Shown here piece after piece: positions 18,835 to 27,822 of a stretch of 59,318 nt of DNA. The stretch lies in IMG/VR virus record IMGVR_UViG_3300023174_000187, positions 1 to 59,318 of that record; one strand, given 5' to 3'. Source of the stretch: a virus (lineage: Duplodnaviria > Caudoviricetes). The notes under the pieces are model-generated. The model had not been told where the DNA came from and did no database searches. It worked only from the letters and a program-made list of their open reading frames with translations. Every line of letters begins with the position of its first letter. Positions within the stretch are counted from its first letter, which is position 1. A program made the position numbers and the translations under genes.

Positions 18835-20066
18835 AATCAATCATTGCAGGAGCGCAAACAGTTGCGGTAGCGGAGTTACGCGAATTTCCGAATAACCCCC
18901 GCCGAGGTGATGTTGAATTGATTATGGAGTCTTTGTCTTACCACGGTCAATATCGCCCAATTGTTGCTAATCGCCGAACCAAAGAAGTATTGGCGGGATG
19001 GCACACGCTCATGGCTGCAAGAAAACTCGGATGGCAAAACATCCAAGTCACATGGATTGATGTTGACCCAATAACCGCCAAGCGCATAGTTCTAGCGGAT
19101 AACCGCATGAGCGACCTTGCTAGTTATGACGACACAGCATTGTTAGACCTTTTGATGTTGTTGAGTGACTTAGAAGGCACGGGTTTCAATAAAGATGATT
19201 TGTTGAAACTTGAAGCAATAGTTACAGGTGAAATTGAAGATGAGTTACTAAACCCAAAAGAACCAGTTGAACAAACCAAAGATGAAGATTTCAAAATCAA
19301 GGTAAAAATTGGAAAGTTCAAATGGGAAGTTGAGTATGACCCATTCTTTATGTGGAAAACAGATTTGTTGGCTCAACACATGGATTCAAAAGAACGCGTT
19401 GGTTATGAATTACGCGAGATGTTAGGTTTCCCGCCTCCTGAACCAAAACCAGCAAGAGTCAAAGGTTCAGAAATTGGTGCAGACGCAGTTATCAATGTTG
19501 AACAAGTTCCAGTTATCGCACTCAAACCTTTAGCGGGAAATGCGCGAACAGGTGACATCGGCGCAATCACCCAAAGTCTCATGACATTCGGACAATACCG
19601 ACCAGTTGTTGCTCGCCGTGATGGAACAATTCTTGTTGGTAATCACACAGTAGAAGCAGCCCGCGCCCTCAAATGGGAAAAGGTTTCCGTTGTATGGCTA
19701 GATGTTGATGACGAAGAAGCAATCCGAATCGCCATAGTTGATAATCGAACAACAGATATGGCAGGATATAACGCAGAAAATCTAAAATTGTTGTTGTCCG
19801 AAGTGAATGATTATTCAGGTACAGGATTTAGTCAAGAAGATGTAAGTGAAATTTACGCTGGTGGTTCAACAAAGCCAGGACATAGAACAGGAACACAAAT
19901 CTCCATTGAAATTGGAGAATTTAGATTTCGAGTAACTAAATCCGTTTGGGATGAATGGCGGAAACAGTTGCCCGAAAATTATGTAGAAGTAGAGTTGATA
20001 AAGCGACTCGAACTTCCACTCGGCGCGTGTTGGAAAGGACTGGACAAGGTGAGTACAAATGGCTGA
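18831..20066 (+). CDS. Protein with two tandem ParB/Srx-like domains
   Basis: Twice the pattern N.R.GD...I..SL...GQYRP.V.....L.G.HT..AA...DNR; GTG start overlapping the upstream TGA. Confidence 0.85.
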   Translation: MKSIIAGAQTVAVAELREFPNNPRRGDVELIMESLSYHGQYRPIVANRRTKEVLAGWHTLMAARKLGWQNIQVTWIDVDPITAKRIVLADNRMSDLASYDDTALLDLLMLLSDLEGTGFNKDDLLKLEAIVTGEIEDELLNPKEPVEQTKDEDFKIKVKIGKFKWEVEYDPFFMWKTDLLAQHMDSKERVGYELREMLGFPPPEPKPARVKGSEIGADAVINVEQVPVIALKPLAGNARTGDIGAITQSLMTFGQYRPVVARRDGTILVGNHTVEAARALKWEKVSVVWLDVDDEEAIRIAIVDNRTTDMAGYNAENLKLLLSEVNDYSGTGFSQEDVSEIYAGGSTKPGHRTGTQISIEIGEFRFRVTKSVWDEWRKQLPENYVEVELIKRLELPLGACWKGLDKVSTNG

Positions 20067-20706
20067 TATAGACCCAATGAAAGTGGAGGTTGTAACTTTA
20101 GACAAGTTGCACCTAGACCCACAAAATGCTCGAAAAGGTAATGTTCAGGCAATCGCGGAATCATTGCGAGAGTTTGGTCAACACCGAGCAATTATCGCTC
20201 AAAAAAACACAGGCAGAATCATTTCGGGCAATCACACATTCTTGGCAGCCCAGTCTTTAGGTTGGAATTCTGTGAATGTGTTTTGGGTTGACGACGACGA
20301 TGAAAAAGCCTTGCGTCGCGGTCTTGCCGATAATGCAGTAGGCGACCAAGCAAAATGGGACGATGACGCGCTTCGCAAGTTGCTCAACGAAACAGGCACA
20401 GATGTTCCTGGACTCGACGCTGCTCAGGTTGCAAAACTTTACAAAGACATTGAAGAAACAATTCCGAAGGAAGCAATTTATCCACTTTTGGCAAAGCCAG
20501 GAGAATATTACGATTATGTAATGTTCTTCACGGAGTCAGAATTGGATTCATTATTTATTCGCTCATTGTTTGATGGTAAATGGGTTTGTTGGAAGGCTGA
20601 AAAGCGTCCAGCGTCTTGGTCTCATATGCTCCCAGTATCCGAACTCCGTAAAGTGTTTGAAGCACACGGAATAGTCCCTGAAATGAAACAACTAGATGAA
20701 GCGTAA
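20059..20706 (+). CDS. ParB/Srx-like domain protein
   Basis: NARKGN..AI.ESL.EFGQ, IISGNHT, LADN. Confidence 0.85.
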   Translation: MADIDPMKVEVVTLDKLHLDPQNARKGNVQAIAESLREFGQHRAIIAQKNTGRIISGNHTFLAAQSLGWNSVNVFWVDDDDEKALRRGLADNAVGDQAKWDDDALRKLLNETGTDVPGLDAAQVAKLYKDIEETIPKEAIYPLLAKPGEYYDYVMFFTESELDSLFIRSLFDGKWVCWKAEKRPASWSHMLPVSELRKVFEAHGIVPEMKQLDEA

Positions 20707-21478
20707 AAAAGATGAAATTGCCATTGTCGTTCCGTCAATGGGCAGACCTGATTTGCTCAGTACTCATAAGGTTTTCTTGCCCGAGCGTCTTGATATTTGC
20801 GTACCTGACTCGGAAATAGAAAAATATAAAAAGGCTCATCCCGACCTCAAAATTGTTGGACACCCTGACAGCGTTCATGGAATTTCCGCCAAGCGTCAAT
20901 GGATTTACGAAACCTACGGCGATGTAGTCATGATTGATGACGACATCGGCAAAGTTGCTTGTCTTGAATATGCAGTAGGAGAAAAGGCTAGAAACCTTGA
21001 CCCAACAGCAGCAACAGGTTTGTGCGACCGCCTAGCAGAAGAAACCCGCCAATTTGGTGCGTATTTGTTCGGAGTATCAGCAAGCGCAGTTCCTCATTAC
21101 TATGTATCAGGTTTGCCATATCGCACTTGGGGATGGGTAAACGGAGGCTTCACAGGACTTCTCAAGGGTTCAAAGTTGGCTTACAATCCCGAAATCGCCT
21201 CATCCGAGGACTATTGGATTTCAGCCATGAACGCTTACCATCATCGCAAGTGTTTGATTGATACCCGATACGCCTTAGTAGATGTTTCAGGCAGTGGGAC
21301 AATGAAAACTAAAGGGGGGATGGCTTATACTCGCAGTCTTGAACGAGAAAGTCGAGACATAGAAATTCTTCAAAGATTCTTTGGAGATGCAATCAAGCGT
21401 CGCGGTCGTATGGGCGTAGCGCACCAATTACACGAACACCAAAAGATGTTGGAGATACCGTGGGCGAAGATGAACTAA
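20696..21478 (+). CDS. GT-A glycosyltransferase, TAGT/GREB1-like
   Basis: IVVPSMGR, KRQWI, MIDDDI (DxD), EDY, GG motifs. Confidence 0.7.
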   Translation: MKRKKDEIAIVVPSMGRPDLLSTHKVFLPERLDICVPDSEIEKYKKAHPDLKIVGHPDSVHGISAKRQWIYETYGDVVMIDDDIGKVACLEYAVGEKARNLDPTAATGLCDRLAEETRQFGAYLFGVSASAVPHYYVSGLPYRTWGWVNGGFTGLLKGSKLAYNPEIASSEDYWISAMNAYHHRKCLIDTRYALVDVSGSGTMKTKGGMAYTRSLERESRDIEILQRFFGDAIKRRGRMGVAHQLHEHQKMLEIPWAKMN

Positions 21479-22092
21479 GTTTCAAAAATTTTTACGCTGA
21501 GATGATGGAAAAAGCAAAAGAATGGCATGAAGTCAATGGATGGGGTTCGCGTCGCTCTCAATACCGCCGTTATACAAACGCGCAAGAAATGTTGAGCGTT
21601 AGAAACGGAGATTGCGTAATTGATATTGGAAGCGGGTCAGGGGAACTATCCCAATTCTTTTGGGAAAAAGGAATTGATGTTTGCTACCACGGAGTAGATG
21701 TAATGGAAGATATGGTCGCTATTGCTAAAGATAGGCACGGCGACAAATTCCAAGTGTGGGATATTTTTGAAAAGCCAATTGATTTCCGAACCGATTGGGC
21801 TATTGGTATCGGAACAGTTGGTGCGCTCGCAACAAAAGACATTGACAAAAGATGGGAACAGTTAGCAATATTTCTTCAAAATATGTCCGCTACAACTGAC
21901 AAGGGTTTTGTATTCACAATGTTGACTGATAGAAATGAACACAATGAAGTTGACGACCATCATTGGTTCGTTGACCCAAGTGTGGCTATTGCTAATGTTC
22001 TCGACATGATTCCACCGTATATGGGCATACAAATCCGAATGGATTACCACCCACACGAAATGATGTTTGCGGTAAAGCGTGAAACTTTTTAG
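21460..22092 (+). CDS. Class I SAM-dependent methyltransferase
   Basis: GWGS..SQ..R; VIDIGSGSG; YHGVDV. Confidence 0.8.
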   Translation: MGEDELSFKNFYAEMMEKAKEWHEVNGWGSRRSQYRRYTNAQEMLSVRNGDCVIDIGSGSGELSQFFWEKGIDVCYHGVDVMEDMVAIAKDRHGDKFQVWDIFEKPIDFRTDWAIGIGTVGALATKDIDKRWEQLAIFLQNMSATTDKGFVFTMLTDRNEHNEVDDHHWFVDPSVAIANVLDMIPPYMGIQIRMDYHPHEMMFAVKRETF

Positions 22093-22157
22093 CGACACGC
22101 CTTTACATCAAATGTTTGGACAGTTATAGTCGCACCATAAATACAAACAAAGGGAGG
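22092..22157 (+). promoter_or_regulatory. Promoter with upstream GACAC (WhiA-type) motif and RBS
   Basis: GCGACACGCC 22092, TTTACA-17-TATAGT, AGGGAGG 22151. Confidence 0.6.
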
Positions 22158-22164
22158 CAGTAAA

Positions 22165-22785
22165 ATTTCATTCAATTCAATTCCAACCGTCCGCGGATAT
22201 TCAGCAGGAGAAGTTACATCCGCGCTTCAAAAAGCAATTCGACGCTCCGACGACGAGCAAGCCGTATTTTGGGCGGTCGAAATGGACAGGTCAGGTTATG
22301 GTCAATATATGTGGCGACGACTTCTTATCATGGTTTCAGAAGATATCGGACTCGCCAATCCCGAACTTCCCCAACAGATTTGGAGTCTTTATTCGACTTA
22401 CAAAGAATTGCTTGCGTGGAAAAATCGCAATCACCCCGAACGCCTTCAAATTGTTCATGCTGTGCTTTTGATGGCTCGTTCGCCTAAATCTCGTATGGTT
22501 GACCATTGCACTCATGTTGCTTATACGACAAACGACACAATCCCGATTCCCGACGAAGCCTTATGTATGCACACTGGTCGCGGTCGTATGCAAGGTCGCG
22601 GACTCGACCATTGGTACAGCGACGCAGCAACGCTCGTCAACGGTCTCGATTTAGATGACAAGTGGGAAGCAAAATCCCGCGAACTCGCCTACCATCCACC
22701 AAGCGCAAAACCAGCAGAACGGTCATCCAAGAAAAATGAATTCTCCGACCCTGAGGAAGAAGAAGAAACAGTCCTTCCCTTCTAA
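22165..22785 (+). CDS. Standalone MgsA/RarA C-terminal-like domain, probable ATT start
   Basis: SALQKAIRRSD...AVFW...WRRLLIMVSEDIGLANP; homology extends upstream of the first ATG (22282). Confidence 0.75.
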   Translation: MSFNSIPTVRGYSAGEVTSALQKAIRRSDDEQAVFWAVEMDRSGYGQYMWRRLLIMVSEDIGLANPELPQQIWSLYSTYKELLAWKNRNHPERLQIVHAVLLMARSPKSRMVDHCTHVAYTTNDTIPIPDEALCMHTGRGRMQGRGLDHWYSDAATLVNGLDLDDKWEAKSRELAYHPPSAKPAERSSKKNEFSDPEEEEETVLPF

Positions 22786-23501
22786 GCGTTGCCAGTAGAA
22801 ATCAAATTGCGGGTTGCTTCCCATCCTTGATAAAAGATGGAGTCAAGGACGCTTAGGTTCGGAGTCCAGTTGTATTTGTGTTGTTTGTATGGCGCACAAG
22901 TCCAGTTTTGGGTAACTAACTCAATTCCAGCGTCAGTCCATTCTTGTAAGTCCATGTAGTTTAGAGACGGCGCACCTGTCACCATGCGGGTCGCGCCTAT
23001 CTCTTTGCATAGGTCAAGAATCCAACCCCCCTTATCCCTTTGTTTAGGTTGGAACTCGGTGTCCCGATATATGTGAGACCAAAGCGCAAGATTCTTGTGC
23101 GCCCATCTAAAAGAAGTCTCGCTTAGGTCGCCTAAAGATGTATCCTTCTCCATAATGCGAGTAACCGATTCAATGGTTTCTTCAAAAAACGGAGCGGATT
23201 TGTAACGAAATGTTATCTGAGACAAAAGTTTGCTCCTCCAATCACCTTTGCCTAGAGGCGTATCGCAAAGCGGTTGTAACTCCTTCCCTACTGATAGGGC
23301 TAACCAGTCAGGCTCTTGATTTCCACCAAGACGGATGTGCTTCATGCCCGTTACTTTCTTTGCTCCGTTTGTATCGGGCGAGGTTGCAGTAAATTGCGCC
23401 GTAGTTAGAAGAATCACCGCGTCAGATTGAGCAGCCCGCGCATAAATGTTGAGGGTTGAAAACGGTGATGGTTGGAATATCGTTACAGTTAGACCAGCCA
23501 T
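22782..23501 (-). CDS. WbqC-like protein
   Basis: IFQP.PF, Y.SAPFF, LCK.IGAT, Y.Q...W.PNLSVLD. Confidence 0.8.
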   Translation of the reverse strand: MAGLTVTIFQPSPFSTLNIYARAAQSDAVILLTTAQFTATSPDTNGAKKVTGMKHIRLGGNQEPDWLALSVGKELQPLCDTPLGKGDWRSKLLSQITFRYKSAPFFEETIESVTRIMEKDTSLGDLSETSFRWAHKNLALWSHIYRDTEFQPKQRDKGGWILDLCKEIGATRMVTGAPSLNYMDLQEWTDAGIELVTQNWTCAPYKQHKYNWTPNLSVLDSIFYQGWEATRNLISTGNA

Positions 23502-24169
23502 CGTCGAACCTCATAAGCCTCTGCTAAGGGAACGCCCGCTTGCGCACCTCTCAATACAGCCAAAGCCCTAAGTGCTTCAACAGAACGCTCAGATGGATGT
23601 GGTCGGTCTTGGGATATATGGGAACGCATTGCTTGGCACTTTCGTTCAATGTCAACTTCATCTAAAGAAACATACAAAATCGGATGGTGTTGTTCAGTCT
23701 CTAGCGTCCAGTAGTCAGAAGGTTCTTCATAGACAGCGACAATAGGCGGACGGAAATTGAATGTGCCTCCATTTGGTCGCAAAGCAGCGAGCGCAGCAGC
23801 GGAAATCGCACGATGGTCTTGATGAAACCCTCCAGGCTCAGGCATGATTACCATGTCAGGGGTAAACAGTTGAATGTGCTTCTCAATGTCAGTAATGATT
23901 TCTTTCATAGGGATAGTGTCTAAATCCCCATCGGTGTCGTTGTAAAGATATTCATAATCAATTCGACCGTCCCAGTCATCTAAGACAGCAAGACCTTGAA
24001 TCGCTTCTAGTTTGCGCATATCGTTTGGCATTGAACCGTAAATAACTAAAGCGTCAGACTTCTCTCTAGCAAGACGAGAGAGTAATCCACCCGCACCAAG
24101 AATTTCGTCGTCAGGGTGTGGAGCAAGAATCATTATCCGCTTAGGCAAAAAAGAATTATTGAAAATCAT
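23489..24169 (-). CDS. PIG-L/LmbE family de-N-acetylase
   Basis: APHPDDE.LG.GG, HQDH, H.SQ, AEAY. Confidence 0.9.
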   Translation of the reverse strand: MIFNNSFLPKRIMILAPHPDDEILGAGGLLSRLAREKSDALVIYGSMPNDMRKLEAIQGLAVLDDWDGRIDYEYLYNDTDGDLDTIPMKEIITDIEKHIQLFTPDMVIMPEPGGFHQDHRAISAAALAALRPNGGTFNFRPPIVAVYEEPSDYWTLETEQHHPILYVSLDEVDIERKCQAMRSHISQDRPHPSERSVEALRALAVLRGAQAGVPLAEAYEVRRWLV

Positions 24170-24216
24170 CGTTTAGCAACCCCCAGTTAGGAAATAAGGG
24201 GTACAGTATCAGCACT

Positions 24217-24705
24217 ATGGGAAGAAAAACTAGACTTACAGCAGAGATTCAACAACAAATTGTTTCCTCGATTAGTTCAGGCAATTGGCAAGAGGTTGCT
24301 TGTGAATATGCAGGGATTCATGTGGCAACTTACTACCGATGGTTAGAACGCGGTCAAGTTGAGATTAGTCGCCTTGAAGGGGACGAAGAAGCAGAACCGA
24401 ATGACGAGGAAACTCCATATCGCGAGTTTTGCGAGGCAGTACGGAAAGCGCAAGCGGTATCTGAGGTTCAAGCAGTAGGCTTGATTCGTAAAGCAGCGAT
24501 TGACGGGTCATGGCAAGCAGCGGGATGGTACTTGGAACGCTCTCACCCAAAGCGATGGTCAAAAGTTGATAAACTCGAACACACAGGTCGCGAAGGCGCA
24601 CCAATTCAGTTGAGTGTTTCAGTCGGAGATTTAGAAAAAGAAATCGAAGCGTTATTGGAAGGAAGCCGTGGAACTACTAGAGATGATGATGAAGGCAACG
24701 CCTGA
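24217..24705 (+). CDS. Terminase small subunit
   Basis: MGRKT.LT, HTH AGI...TYYRW, WQAAGWYLER, EHTG..G.PI. Confidence 0.85.
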   Translation: MGRKTRLTAEIQQQIVSSISSGNWQEVACEYAGIHVATYYRWLERGQVEISRLEGDEEAEPNDEETPYREFCEAVRKAQAVSEVQAVGLIRKAAIDGSWQAAGWYLERSHPKRWSKVDKLEHTGREGAPIQLSVSVGDLEKEIEALLEGSRGTTRDDDEGNA

Positions 24706-26275
24706 TGAGCGTCGCTATGTCTTATCTAAGTTAGACCCCGAAAAGCGCATTGCGCTGAAACAAATCCTTGACAATCACAAAAGTAACCCGTGGGCGCAAT
24801 ATGAAAAAGACCCAGTTGCGTTTATCGAAAAAGGATTAGGCGAAACACTTTGGTCTAAACAGCGAGAGATTCTTGTATCGCTTAGGGACAACAAAAGAAC
24901 AGCAGTCCCCGCTTGTCACGCTCCAGGAAAATCATTTATTGCAGCAAGAGCGGTTGCGTGGTGGGTTTCATCTCACCCCGCGGGAACGGCTCAAGTAGTT
25001 ACAACAGCGACAACCTTTAGACAGGTTCGTAACATCCTTTGGAATGAAGTACGCAAGGTTGCAACAAAACATAATTTGCCAGGAGAAGTTATGTCCGTCG
25101 AATGGCAATTAGCGGGCGGAATTGTTGCTTACGGACTTTCATCAGGTGCTAATAACGAGGCTTCAATTCAAGGTATCCATGCTCCCCATCTTTTAGTTGT
25201 TGTTGATGAAGCGGGTGGTATTCCCACAAGTACAGGTCAGGCACTAGAAGCCTTGATGACAGGTGACCACACTCGACTATTGGCTATTGGTAACCCAAGT
25301 ACAGATTCAGACTCAACTTGGTTCGAGCGCATTTGTCATTCAGATTTATACAATGTCATAAAGATTTCAGCCTATGACACTCCAGCATTTACGGGCGAAG
25401 AAACAGGTTGGTGTCACTCATGCCCGCCAATGGCTTCACCCCATAAAGTAGAGACACACTTAGTAGATAAAAGTTGGGTAGAAGATGTTCTCAAAGAATA
25501 CGGAGCGGAGTCGCCGTTCGCAGAAGCAAGAATCAATGCCCGATTCCCTAAGACTTTTGCCAATCGCGTTATACCTCTCTCATGGGCGGAAGAAGCGGTC
25601 AACAATGAAAGTCCTGCGGAAAGTCCTTATGTTAGGTTGGGCGTTGATATCGCTTCCGATGGTGGCGATGAAATGGTGGTGGCAAGGGCGGATGGATTCC
25701 GAGTATCAATTGTTCATAAGTCAAGTGGAGCAGAAAACCAAAACGCCGTAGATGTAGCGCGAGTAATTCTCCAAGAAATCAAAAAAGCCGAACATATCCA
25801 CGCCACTAGAAAGTTGACCGCACCAGTTGTCGTAAAGATTGACGCAATTGGTGTTGGTTGGGGCGTTACTTCATTGCTACAGACTTGGTTTCAAGAAGGT
25901 AAGCACAAATCAACAATCGTCCCAGTCAAGGTTGGCGAACGAGCAGTTGACGCAGGTAAGTTTGTAAATCAACGCGCAGAAATGTGGTGGAACGGTCGCG
26001 AGTTACTCGAATCAATAACAGATTCGCTTGGAAATGTCTCTCAACAGTTGCGCTTAGATGTAGATACTAAAACCATCGCTCAATTGGGTTCACCTGCTTA
26101 CAAGTCCGATACAAGCGGACGAATAGCAATCGAAAAGAAAACGGAAATGAAAGGTCGCGGTGTAAGTTCCCCTGACCGCGCAGAAGCAGTTTTATTGGCT
26201 ATCTATGAACCAAAGCGTCAAATGCACATGGAAATTCCTGTATCATTTGTGCAAGCGAACGAATGGAGTATGTAA
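24668..26275 (+). CDS. Terminase large subunit
   Basis: Walker A PGKS, Walker B VVVDEA, IGNP coupling motif, LGVDIA and SPDRAEA nuclease motifs. Confidence 0.95.
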   Translation: MELLEMMMKATPDERRYVLSKLDPEKRIALKQILDNHKSNPWAQYEKDPVAFIEKGLGETLWSKQREILVSLRDNKRTAVPACHAPGKSFIAARAVAWWVSSHPAGTAQVVTTATTFRQVRNILWNEVRKVATKHNLPGEVMSVEWQLAGGIVAYGLSSGANNEASIQGIHAPHLLVVVDEAGGIPTSTGQALEALMTGDHTRLLAIGNPSTDSDSTWFERICHSDLYNVIKISAYDTPAFTGEETGWCHSCPPMASPHKVETHLVDKSWVEDVLKEYGAESPFAEARINARFPKTFANRVIPLSWAEEAVNNESPAESPYVRLGVDIASDGGDEMVVARADGFRVSIVHKSSGAENQNAVDVARVILQEIKKAEHIHATRKLTAPVVVKIDAIGVGWGVTSLLQTWFQEGKHKSTIVPVKVGERAVDAGKFVNQRAEMWWNGRELLESITDSLGNVSQQLRLDVDTKTIAQLGSPAYKSDTSGRIAIEKKTEMKGRGVSSPDRAEAVLLAIYEPKRQMHMEIPVSFVQANEWSM

Positions 26276-26787
26276 TGGCAAAAAAAGGTTCAGCGGCTCT
26301 ATTAGTAGAAATAGCGACCGCAGAAATTGGTTATATCGAGGAAGCAGTTCCCGAAAACAAGACTAAGTACCAAAAGGCTAATCAAGCATGGTGCGGAGCG
26401 TTCGTAAATTGGTGCGGGAAAAAAGCAGGGGTCAAAATTCCCAACACTGTTTACACACCAGCAGGGGCAGATGCTTTCAAAAAGGCTAAATCTTGGCTTG
26501 AGGGTGAGGGTTGCGAGCCAACAACGGGAGACATCGTGTATTTCGATTTTCCATCAGACGGCGTTGACCGAATCTCCCATGTAGGTATTGTTGTAAAGAA
26601 CAACGGAGATGGCACGGTTACTACCATCGAAGGCAATACTGCTCCCGACAAAAAGGGAGACCAGCGCAACGGTGGCGAAGTATGTCTCAAGGTTCGCGCT
26701 TACAAGAAAAAGAACGGCTCAAAATGGCGCAAGTCTCAAGCGGTTTCAATCGTAGGTTTTGGTCGTCCAAAATTCACAGCAGTTTAG
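26275..26787 (+). CDS. Endolysin, CHAP-type
   Basis: WCGAFVNW, GDIVYFD, SHVGIV, TIEGNT, GFGRP. Confidence 0.9.
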   Translation: MAKKGSAALLVEIATAEIGYIEEAVPENKTKYQKANQAWCGAFVNWCGKKAGVKIPNTVYTPAGADAFKKAKSWLEGEGCEPTTGDIVYFDFPSDGVDRISHVGIVVKNNGDGTVTTIEGNTAPDKKGDQRNGGEVCLKVRAYKKKNGSKWRKSQAVSIVGFGRPKFTAV

Positions 26788-26822
26788 TCTTGACAATGTA
26801 ACAAGAACGATTAGAGTACGGA

Positions 26823-26906
26823 TTACAACTAAGGCGTAGGGCTACATCTAAGTTGGTTATTTGTAAAAGACTCTCACTGACGGGGAAGCGGTGGGGGTCT
26901 TTTGCA
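26823..26906 (+). ncRNA. Candidate small RNA of about 85 nt
   Basis: TTGACA-16-TAGAGT promoter; hairpin 26826-26855; 17-bp terminator stem 26863-26905; no RBS/ORF. Confidence 0.45.
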
Positions 26907-27014
26907 TTTCTGAAAACATAGTGTCAAATCGTGCAAAACAATTGTTATGACGGCGTGTTTGCCGTTCACCCTCTCTTGTAAATGTTTGCTAAGGGCAATT
27001 CTCAAACCCCCGTT

Positions 27015-27066
27015 TGGTAGAATAGTGCTATGCGGAAAACATCCGATAGTCAAATAGTCAGGGAGG
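27015..27066 (+). promoter_or_regulatory. Early-type promoter/leader without the CRP box
   Basis: TGgTAGAAT; CGGAAAACATCCG hairpin shared with 29941; AGGGAGG. Confidence 0.6.
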
Positions 27067-27070
27067 CTAT

Positions 27071-27190
27071 ATGAACCGACAGGTAATTTGCGATATATGT
27101 AATAAAGAATGGTATCCAAAATCAGGGGGAATGGTTTACGAAAGTTTGAACCGACACATCAAAATAGAACACAGGGAGGAAACAAATTGA
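27071..27190 (+). CDS. Small C2H2 zinc-finger protein (not in ORF track)
   Basis: MNRQVICDICNKEW...SLNRHIKIEH; strong RBS. Confidence 0.7.
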   Translation: MNRQVICDICNKEWYPKSGGMVYESLNRHIKIEHREETN

Positions 27191-27798
27191 GCGCAGACAA
27201 CCAGCGGAGTAAGGTATATGCCGCAGAAGGCGTAGTTCGAAATTGTAGGTCAAAGTTAGGGCGAAAAATGCTCATTCCACAAAAGACCGAGGAAATAGTC
27301 AAATCAGACGGCAGTATCGCAACGATTGCTCGAGTTCCAGCCAGCACAGCACAATGTAAGGCGTATATGGAAAAGATAGTCACTTATGAATGGTTCACTT
27401 CGAGGTGGCACATTTCTACCCCCAGTTATATCGAGGGTAATGCGCCAAATGTTGGAGATGGGCGAGCGCGACGCAAGGCTTGTTGGGATGCGAGCGTCTA
27501 TGAAATCAAACTTCCCCATTGGGCGAGAACCGAAGCCGTGATACTTCACGAGATGGCTCATTGGATAGTAGATAAAGCCACAGTGCCAAGAGAAGATGGG
27601 CGGGGCTTTTGGATTAGGCAGTATGACCCCGACCATGCAGCACATGGTAAGGAGTTCGCAGCGGTGCTTCTCGAATTAGTCCGATTGCAACTCGGAGCAG
27701 AGGCAACGAAGGCACTCAAAGCCTCCTACAAGGCGAACCGCGTCAGGAGGGATAAACAACCTCAGCCAATCCACCGAAAGGCGGTAATGGTCGCCTAG
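27187..27798 (+). CDS. Zincin metallopeptidase, TIGR04338-like
   Basis: DNQRSKVYAAE, VILHEMAH, HGKEF; TTG start after GGGAGG. Confidence 0.75.
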   Translation: MSADNQRSKVYAAEGVVRNCRSKLGRKMLIPQKTEEIVKSDGSIATIARVPASTAQCKAYMEKIVTYEWFTSRWHISTPSYIEGNAPNVGDGRARRKACWDASVYEIKLPHWARTEAVILHEMAHWIVDKATVPREDGRGFWIRQYDPDHAAHGKEFAAVLLELVRLQLGAEATKALKASYKANRVRRDKQPQPIHRKAVMVA

Positions 27799-27822
27799 TC
27801 CTAAATGTGGGAGGATTCGGCT

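Noticed and set aside
18831-20706. ParB genes as a plasmid-prophage partition system
   Set aside because: No ParA or parS-like array; only N-terminal ParB/Srx domains in a terminase/modification context
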